Source: the human T2T-CHM13v2.0 reference genome, Homo sapiens. Taken from it: a stretch of DNA of 64,000 nt. A program made the position numbers and the translations under genes. The stretch is taken from the NCBI RefSeq assembly GCF_009914755.1, contig NC_060925.1. One strand, given 5' to 3'. Positions 53,801-64,000 of this stretch are shown here, piece after piece (within the stretch, counting starts at the first letter, position 1; every line of letters begins with the position of its first letter). The notes under the pieces are model-generated. The model was not told the DNA's origin. It did no database searches and was given only the letters and a program-made list of their open reading frames with translations.

Positions 53801-56800
53801 AGCCTTTATTTCCCACTGGGTGAAGCTTCTTTTCTGTACCCCGATGTGAGTAGAAGGGTTCTCAAGATCAATGATGGGCCTGACTTGTTATTACAACTCA
53901 AAGATAGCAGTGAGGGTTATGAAAAAGCTGCAGGGCTACCGAATATGAGATGACTGATGTCAAAGTACCTATCACTAGAAAGGAACAAATGTTATATCAG
54001 GATAATGTAATACCTACTCAGAAAGAAGATGGATCCCAAACCCCCAAATCAAACAGGCCAAAAATAAAATATCTTTTTCTTGGATAAGAGAAATAGCCCG
54101 TGCATTCTATTATTTTTCTCAGACTTGTTCTAGAAATAAATGGCTATCCACTTCATGTCAACTTCAAAAGGTCAGTTACATGCCTCACCATATCCTGGGT
54201 TTTCTTATAAAACTTCAGTGGGGAGAGAGAAAGCCAGAAGCAGATTTACTACCTATTTAGAGTTGTCTGATTATTTATACTTCTTCATTCTTTCAGGGCT
54301 TCAATGAATAGTAAATTTGCAGTTGGCATCTATGATTGCACTTCAGGTGCTATAAATCGAAGACCAAAAGATATCATACTTTTAGTTTTTTTAATGATCA
54401 AATGTTGGCAGTCCTGGGGTCTTTAAGAAGGGTTTTTCTATCCAAGTTTTTTTATTTTCCATGTGAAAAACTTATTATGAATGTGGAATTACAAGTTAGA
54501 TTCCAGATGTCTGTGCAAACAGCTTTGGAATAGAATAAAATAGTATGAAAGACCATGATCCCTCTCTAATTTCACAATTTATTCTTCAGAGTTGCCTGTC
54601 AATCTTGACACATCACTGAAATTTAGCAATGAAGGAAGCTAGATTCCTTGTGCTGGAAACCACTTCTTTTGAAATACACACTTCTGTGGCATAGCAGATA
54701 TCATGGCTCTGTGGTCTCTGATGATTTCTTGTGGATGAGGCACACTATATACTTTTCACTTTCTTTTATTTCTAGAGAGTTGGATTTATTAAAGTGTAGC
54801 TGATTTTTTCTCATAATGTGTCAAACTGGCATTTTATTGATGTAGGTAGTGGTGTAATACTATAATACTTTTAATATAATTTTATATTATAGCAGGATTT
54901 GGAAAGAGAGTCACTAGCTTCACTTCGTCTTCTTCCTCTCTCCTCTTTCTCCTTTTTCTTCTCATATCTTTTTAAATGAACAGTTTAACATAGATTCACT
55001 CCCTTTGATACATAATAAACAAAATTTACCGATCGAATAAACTTTCTGAACTTTTTGCTGAATAACCCCTGTACCTTTTAAATTCGAGTTGCAGAAACCC
55101 TAACAAGTCATTTGAAGCAAAACAGAACAACTTCCCAAATCATAAGCAAATGAAATGATAGTTTATTTTTATTCTTGTGGGATAACCATTCTCATCCTTA
55201 GTTTTATTTATTAGGACTTATTAAAACCCAAGAACATTATAGTATGTAAATTATACATTAATGTCAATTACAGTGAATAACCCTTTCCTTGATTACTGGA
55301 AATATTTATTTTTCTAAACCTACCAGAATCTTAAACTTGTCCATGTTAACAGGCAGTCATTAAATTATTTAAGCTCAACTGGAGAAAGCTTTAGGTTTAG
55401 TGTCATGGAAAATTTTCAACATCAACTCTACACTACCAAAGAATGGAATGTTTCAAAGTACTAACAGTTAACTGCTTAACAATCAACTTAAAAGATCTGG
55501 CTTTAAAAGTACATGCACAGACATTTATTGTCTACAAGACTGGCATCACACAAGTGAGACTGGCTTTTTATACTTTTGCTTTTCACTCAGGGCACCTTTG
55601 ACTAGGAAGACCATTTATCACGGTCACCATTGTCTGGCACTTTAGAGATCTCACTACCAACAGGAGCAGCAGGAGACTCCGGTTTAGAAGAAGAAACGGT
55701 TCCAAAATCATTTTTAAAGAATCTGAACCATTTAAAATTCTTTGTATTTTGACTTGTTCTATATTAGTAACAATGTCAGTAGCACTATTGTCAATGTGCT
55801 CTGAATACATACTTATTAAGGGGCAGCCAAGATATTAGAAACTATATAACTCTTAAGGTTGGCCTCTTTTTTATCCTTTTGCCAAAGGGCTCTGACTGAA
55901 AGGCAAGGGGATGGCTTTAGTTATGCTGGTCTCCATAGCCTCTAAAATCGATGGGCCAGCTGAGTCCAGGGAAAGAGCTGGGGAAAACAGTCTTGTACCA
56001 GTAAAGGTACTTGGTCTCTCCATAACCCTGCAATTATCAAACCTTAAGTTTCAGCAGGAAATTTTAATAAGTGATAACTTCTCAAGAGCATTTTAAATCA
56101 CACAATTTATTTCTAAAGATGAGTCAATATAGTTGTCAGGACAAAACTACTCTCCAGCCAAAATATTGGCATGTCTTTCACAGGTTTTGGTAGCTGTTTT
56201 TCTGATACTCTTTCATTTCTTTGATAAATTAGGCTGAGAATAAAGGATGAGGCTATTATATCATGATGCTTTATTGCTTGAATTCCACAAGATGATTTTT
56301 TCCTCTTATAAAACAGAGCAATGAGCATAATTAGAGGATTTATTCAAAATTCTCAGGTAGGATAATTAACCCTGAGATGCTCCGAGGTCTAAGAGATACA
56401 GACTGGATTGGGGGTCAGAGGGCCTCGTCCTCTTCCCAGTGTTGTCTGACCTGCCACAAAAGCTGAGAGAGTTGGATTGCTTCACCTGCAGGACCAAGAT
56501 TGGAAGCTTTTAAAATCTATGTCTGTTGTATTATTACTCAGCCTCTTGCTTTTCTTTGTTACTGCACAGATCTGACTTAATGTTGGGTAAAGGAGATTGG
56601 TAACATATTCCATACTCCTTTTAGCAAACACACCACTGAGAGTAACTGCACTTGACACACAACCCTGTGGAAGGAGTCATCTTATGAGAGCTGTGTCTCT
56701 CTATTGTATACCCTTGCTAGAACTTGTACTTCTCGTTCAAAGCACTTCTCACAAGTGTACTTCAAATAAAAGCATGCATGGTTATCTATTTAGAGTCTGT

Positions 56801-57294
56801 TTTCCCTACCAGACTCTGCAGTCTAACATGCAAGGAATTATATCAGTCTTAGTCTCCACTGTGCTTAGCACATTGTCAAACATGTAATATGAGGACTTAT
56901 TAAGTAATAGTTCTATTAATAAATAATACATTTCAACTAAAATACTTCAGAATCCCTATGGCCCTAACTTTGGTACTTTGAAAAAGCAGGAAAATATAAG
57001 TGGAGTGGGAGAAGGAAATGTTGGGCATTCTTTTATTTTAATTCACCAGAAAAGCCCACATTAAGTTAATACTAAAGTCATTTTATAAACTTCTGTTTGT
57101 AACTAATCAAAATATTCAGATATTTTTGATAATGATACTAACTTCTATTTTAAGATAGTCAATCTAATTCTTAATGTTGTGGTTATATGCAATAGCATTC
57201 TATGAACCAACCCTTTTACCATCATCAAGAAAGAAATACATGGATAGAGAATGACTTATACTGATAAAGAAGGCACTTTTTAGAAACCTACAAC

Positions 57295-57500
57295 ACTTGA
57301 GACAGAGCAATACAGATTCAAGTCCTGACTAACTCATTTTAACTCATTTTAGGCAAGTTACTTAAATTTTTATACTCATAAAATGTGGATAATAGAGCTG
57401 ATCAATAGGATTATTGTTAGGGTAAGGATAACTTTGCATAATAGATGCAAAGCATCTATTATGGTGCTTGGTGCATAGCAGGCACCTCATGCATATTAAT
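57295..57500 (+). mobile_element. MIR
   Basis: gattcaagtcctgact..ggcaagttacttaa..taaaatgtggataata..gtgcttggtgcatagcaggc. Confidence 0.7.
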
Positions 57501-57599
57501 AGAAATTTTATCATCATTATAATAGTACTTTTTAATCATAATTTGAGTGTCTCAAGTCCACAAAAATAGGTTCTCTATTGACTCATCTGGAACTTATTT

Positions 57600-60132
57600 T
57601 CTGTGAACAACAAAGTTTACTTAATCTCAATGCCCTCTTTGAAGTTTCCTTCCATCTGTTCCTGAATCGAGGCTATTTCTGAAGATCATAGCTTCCCCTG
57701 CTCTCACATGGAAACACTGGCTCCGACACACCACACATCATGAAGCCTGGAGATGCCCTCCTTGATTTTCAGTCTGCTGTCCGCCGATTTTCTCACTCCC
57801 TGTCAATTACCACAGTGCCAAAGAGGTGCCTGCCATCAAACTATACTACCCACGACCCCTCCTTGTGCACTACCTCACCATTACTCCCCTCATCATTGAA
57901 TGTTCTGGAAATTGACCCACTGTTTTCCCTGTAGAGACTCTTGGCATCATTCTTGGCAATTTTTAGAACCACATAGATGGTTTGTCTGATGCTGACTTCA
58001 GTTCTTTGACCGTAGCATTAATCTTGTCCTCTACCCCTCTTCAGAGTCCTGTGACAGGACTTACGTCTTGCCATCACCAATAACTGCCTCTCTTCCAAAT
58101 GCCCAGATTCAAGCATTCTATATTTTGACTACCATTTTATAGTTTTCCCAGCTTACTTTCTGTGACTGTAGTAATTCTTCAGCCACTCATGAGCTCCAAT
58201 CTATTGGCTCCCTCCACTTTCTCACGCTCTATAATTTCTGTCCTCATCCTTATCACTCCTACTTATTAGGTTTGCTCCCGCGGTCCTTCATTGAAATCAT
58301 TGAAATGTTTCTCTTGCAGATGTTTTTATAACTCTAATACACTTTTCCACTCTTTGTTCATATCAGATGGTCAAAATAATAAAACATTTTTGTTTTAATC
58401 TGAAAATAGCAGTGAAAAGAGAATTACACTTTGCTATCACTAAATCTGTTTCTCATCTTAATGTAATCTTAATCACTAAATCTGTTACTCATCTTCATGT
58501 AACCTTATTCTCTATATTATTTCCCCTCTCCCAGTAATAATTACTGTTCTGTAGAAAGCTAACCCCCTCAACTTGGTCTCCATCCCCTTATCTCTTACTT
58601 AAAGACTTTGCTCATGCAATTAGTTCTTCTATCCCCTTTGCCATCAATTCGTGCCCCACACCCTCCACTATTGGATCATCTCCAATAGAGTAAAAATGTA
58701 ACAGACTAATTAAAAATACCCCTACCACCAGCTCCTGTCACTGTTCTCAGTAGCCTTTTGCAACAAAACTCCTTGAGTGATTGGTTTATGCTCACTATAT
58801 GTTCACCTCTTAATTCCCTCATTAATGTCTTATCAGAATTTTGTCACCACCATACTATTGAAGCTGCTCTTAATAAGGTCACCAGCAAATCTGTATTGTG
58901 CAAAATACTAGATCCAATCTATATCTTTATCACATTCAAACCCACAACAGTGATGGACACAAATGATTACTCTTTTGTTCTTGACTAGTTATTCCCTGTT
59001 AACTTGACTCCTAAGACACCAACCTCTTTTGTTTTCCTCCTACTTCATTGACTATACAAAATCTTTCCTCCCTACCTCTCCTTTTCTCCCTTGAAATATT
59101 GTCAGCCCAAGGTTCTTTCTCTTCTCTGTTTATGAACACATCTGAAGGCAATCTCATCAGCTTCTGTGGCTTTAAACATAGTACAATTTTATCCCAACTC
59201 TCAAACCTTTATCACCGTACTTGAATCTAATATGTAAAACTTCTTTCTCATTATATATAAACAAAATTCTGATTACTACTCACTATCAGGCCTAAATCTG
59301 ACCCTCCTAGTTCCTTCCTATCTCAATTAACAGCACAGCCACACATTCGTTGCTCAGGCAAAAATGTTAAGCAGTTTCCTTATCTCTCACTTTCCTCAAT
59401 ACCCCCTTTTCATTCAACCAGCAAGTTTCATGGGCCTTATTATCTAAATACATCAAAATTTGATCTTCTTCTCACCATCTATACTGCCAAAGGCCTAGTG
59501 CAAGCAACAGTTATCTCTGGCCTGAGATGATTATTAATCTGATATATTACATAATTACTAGACAGATATATTAGTTTTCTAATTGTTCTCTCTAGTTTAT
59601 TTATAACTCCCATAGTATATTCTCCACAAAGCTGTTAAAGATGTATTTAAAAAGGAAAAATATATGATGATAGTATTCTGCAAGATTTAATCACTGTCAC
59701 TCACTATCAAGCCAAAACCCTAGGAAGGCTTCTCCTCACATTGTGAATAACATAAAAAGTCTTCAGTTTTCATTGTAAAAGCCTTACACTTAATGGTTCT
59801 CGATGCTTTTTCACTCACTCATTCACTCCACTCTAACCACATGAGTACTGTTGATGCTTCTCAATGAAACGAAGTCAACCCTACCCCAATCTTGACAGTG
59901 GCTGCTCTGACCAATGGGAAATGCCCTTTGTTATATCTTCATGTGATTTGCTCCTTCCCATCTTCTCAGTCACTGTTCAAATGTCAACGCCCTAGGAAGG
60001 AATTTCATGATGGGTTTATTTAAAATAACTCCTCTCATTAGATTAGTTTTGTTCAATGCTATAATTTCATGGCATAGAACAGTGCTTGCCCAAAACAAAA
60101 ATGAGGATGCAAAGTAAAAATTGTGAATAAAT
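57600..60132 (+). mobile_element. Long degraded L2 LINE (about 2.5 kb)
   Basis: Continuous pyrimidine-rich L2 ORF2-type sequence (aaggtcaccagc..; tctcatcagcttctgtggctttaaaca; ttgctcaggcaaaaa) ending agaacagtgcttg..tgaataaat. Confidence 0.78.
58436..58507 (+). repeat. Tandem duplication, 2 x 36 bp
   Basis: atcactaaatctgtttctcatcttaatgtaatctta versus atcactaaatctgttactcatcttcatgtaacctta (3 mismatches). Confidence 0.9.
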
Positions 60133-62430
60133 ATATAGAGAAACTATCTTATTCTCTTTGAAGGTGTTTTGCTTTGTTTGTTTAGTTTCGAGAGGGATAG
60201 GAATATAATCTCATCTAGTCAGCATGCTGTGCTTCCTGCCATGGCAACCCCAGAAATATCTGCTTTTAAATATAGTCTTAAGAGCTTCATAATAACTGAC
60301 TTTTTTCATACCTAAGGAAGCTAAAAATATGCTGTATCAGGGAGGCAGTAACAACAACAAACGAACAATTTGAGTTCAACAATTCCATTTTGTATTCGAT
60401 TCTATTGCCTTTGTCTAGTCTCCTTGGACGCCGTTAGGAGTTGAATCACTGCCCAATTTGCCTGAGCCCCAACTTTACTTGGAAAAGTTTCTTGGCCAAT
60501 TAAAAACTCAATAAATATTAAGCCCCTACTATATGTTAAATACTTCTGAAGACAATGAAAAAATGCCAGTGAACGAAATGAACTCCAGTATATCCAGCCT
60601 TCATTCAGTTAACAGTCTACTGGGGAAGACATTCATTATCAAGAAATTGTAGGTGTGATGGGCATTACAAAGGGAAATTATAAGGCACTGTATCCTAGCG
60701 GTTCTGTCTGCCTAGGGATAGTCTTTCTTCAATCCTTGAGGGTTTTGGGTGCCTTTGGCTTTACTGCTGCTGCCAGCTTGCTTCCTCAGGCTCCCAGCAA
60801 CGTGAATTCCTGTCTTTTCCTCTTGTGTCTTAAGAGTTCCCTATTGATAAAGAAGTTATGTTCACTCTGCACCAGTTATATTCCAAGAGCCCTAGCCATT
60901 AAAGATCTGAAAAGTAGTCAGACAAAAAAGTTCCCTTATGATTTTAGCATCCCAGGAATTTTTCCACTAACCTGATATTAAGTCTACCTTGGAACCAGGG
61001 GTAATTTATTATTATTATTATTTATCATTGAAATGCTTACCACCCAATAGCGCCCAGAAAATAAAATATCCTATTTTTGTAATCAGCTTTTGCTAATAAG
61101 ACTCAGGAAGCAATACTATACTGAACCAACTGTCTCCAACTCCAGTCACTAGCCTAGGGTTAGCCACTGTTAAACTGTATGTGATTCAACTTGAAATCTC
61201 CCAAAAATTATGGAATGTGACTGGCTGATAAATTTTACAAGGTCCACAGAAAAATATAGAAATTACAAACTATTTCATTGAGAATATTTACCTTTTTTGG
61301 GTTGGAGAAAAAGATGTGAGGAATGATATTAAAATGAACTTGACATGTTGTGAACATGTGGTCATGTTATATAGCAGAATGGCAATGAAGTAGGAACAAG
61401 ATAGTCTGTTTTTTCATTTGGGCATTTTAAAGTAATGCTGTTTTAATATTTGATAGATATGGAATTCTGAGCTTGAAATAAAAGAGAAAATTATATTTGT
61501 TTCTTGTCTTTTACTTTTAGATACTTTTTCAAGGCCTTCATGACTTGTAATTTCTCAAGGTTAACATATTCAAGCTAAGATGCTCACCAAGCATTTGATT
61601 TATTAAAGCACGTGTAGCTCCTTACTGAGTGGAATTGCTGAACCTCTTCTAGTGTACATTTTTAAAGTAAGTGTGGTGAAGCAAAGCAAAAATTGTGTCT
61701 CTTTTGTGAATGTGAGTGCCAACTCTTTTGGCAGAACACTTAATTTCCAAGATGTATGTGCAGTTGACACTGGATGGAGCACATTTAAGCTTTTAACCCT
61801 CCTACAAAATAACTGAACCACATTGTGATTTTAACTTTTTTCTGTACCTGCTTTAAGCTAAGGCATTGTGATCCACTGGCAATAGACAGACTTCAGAATT
61901 TCACAGGTCAAAACAGGATTGATAATGAGTGCTTTGCTATTAATGAATTAGACCAATCATGGAAACTATATGATACAAACCCAGCTAAAAAAGTAATGTG
62001 TTATTAAAAAGCTTAGTTTATGATCACTTAATGTACTTATTATAAACCTTTTAAAATTAGTAATTGGATTACAAAATTGAGAAACATTAAAAAATGTCAG
62101 GCTGATAGAATACATTTGGTCTATACAAATTAAGCAACTATCAGGGCATATTTAAAATCAGGTAGCATTAGAATTTTCTTTGTTTCATAGATTTATTCTT
62201 TATCTCCTAATATCAATGTTTTAAAAACATGCATGTTTGTTATACATTTTCATGCATTAAATTATTATTCTGACTGTACATTATTTTTCAGAGTAAATTT
62301 TGCAGAGACCCTCACGCTGAAGTAATGGGATGTTTGACATACTGACTTTTTATTACTTGTATCTAAAATATTTCCTATTCTCTGAGATTCTCAACTGTAA
62401 AGAAGTTTCTTGTTCTATGTTAACTAACAC

Positions 62431-63050
<620 letters not shown>

Positions 63051-63637
63051 TATGTTAACTGACAAATACTATAGCACTATCAGAAATATGAAATTTTAGA
63101 AAAGAAATGTAATCAATTTATGACATATATTAAGATTCAGGTGTTAGGCAAGTTTTTCACTTTGTTATATTCGCGTACTTGGCAGTTTAATGTCTAATTG
63201 CTTTCAATTATAGCTTTAACATGTTTGAGACTTATCTCTTTTCAGAAGATCCTGCTTCTTGACACTAACTTATTTATCTTTTTAACAGTATTTCCATTAT
63301 ACTAAAGATTGCAGAAAGCCTCCAAGTCAAATACTGTGCTGACACAAGACACAGTGCTTAAACTCCCTAAGGAATGAAAGGCTCATCTCTGATTTACTCT
63401 TTCTAATAAGGAGACTCTTCTTCAATGCTCCAACATCAACAAGTTGAATCTATTCAACTGCATAAAAATGCAGATCTCTCTGCTGGAATTCTTCTTGGAA
63501 AAACCCTATTTCAAACTCATCTTATTATCTGAATTGTTTTTATACATTTAATTTTCTTGGCTGAATTGCTCCCCAGTTAATCTTCCTCAATCCAGCCGTG
63601 CCATTCAGGTTGTTCATAAGCTGACGGTGAATACTAA

Positions 63638-64000
63638 TGTAACCAACAAAGGAGTTTTTCCTGAGCACTGCGTAAAGAAAGACCACTGCATTGTAGTGGA
63701 GAAAGTGTTTAATGGACACGGGGCTGGGCACAGCTCCTAGGGCAGGGGTTTTTCAAAGGCAGTTTGGATGAAGGGGTGGGGTGGCTGGTAACAGGTGCTT
63801 GCTGCTGATTGGTTGGGAAGAAGATGGACTCACAGTGGGAGTCGAAGCTGTCCTCCTGCTGGCTGAATCATTTCTGGTTGGGGCCACAGAGTGGGGTTGG
63901 CAGGTCCAGGTGGAACCATGGGTGTTAGACATGAAAAAAACCTGAAAATATATGTCAAAGTTCAATCTTAGGTTCCACAGTAGAGATTCTATTTGCAGCA
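63638..64000 (-). mobile_element. MER4-group ERV1 LTR (MER50-like), runs off the window end
   Basis: TGTAACC..aaagaccactgcattg..ggtttttcaaaggcagtttgg..tgctgattggttggg..gagtcgaagctgtcctc..atcttaggtt. Confidence 0.65.

Noticed and set aside
61336-61370. Cluster of CWWG cores resembling a p53 element
   Set aside because: Each decamer has two or more mismatches and the spacing is irregular.

Overview
This is AT-rich, CpG-poor primate (human-like) nuclear DNA, either a gene desert or a large intron. I found no protein-coding gene, rRNA, tRNA or CRISPR array, and I could not identify the locus. The recognisable content is almost all fossil transposons: about 10 Alu-family SINEs (AluY, AluS, AluJ, FRAM, FAM), a 2.3-kb 5'-truncated L1PA with a broken ORF2, older L1PA/PB/MA/M pieces, L2 and MIR fragments, solo LTRs (THE1A, MLT1, LTR33, LTR16, MER50-like) and DNA transposons (Tigger1, MER44, MADE1, MER45A, MER102-like, and a Ricksha/MULE copy that still shows transposase motifs). 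Family names come from recalled consensus sequences, not a RepeatMasker run, and boundaries of old elements are approximate. I do not see a new gene system. The structure least explained by standard annotation is a cluster of locally templated repair scars between 13.5 and 28.4 kb. Two segments of 168 and 178 bp were copied from 1.3 and 0.6 kb upstream into AT-rich or alternating purine-pyrimidine tracts, and there are two small fold-back (inverted template-switch) scars. Weaker leads are candidate non-coding exons, a candidate 12-nt microexon, and RFX/CTCF-like motifs.
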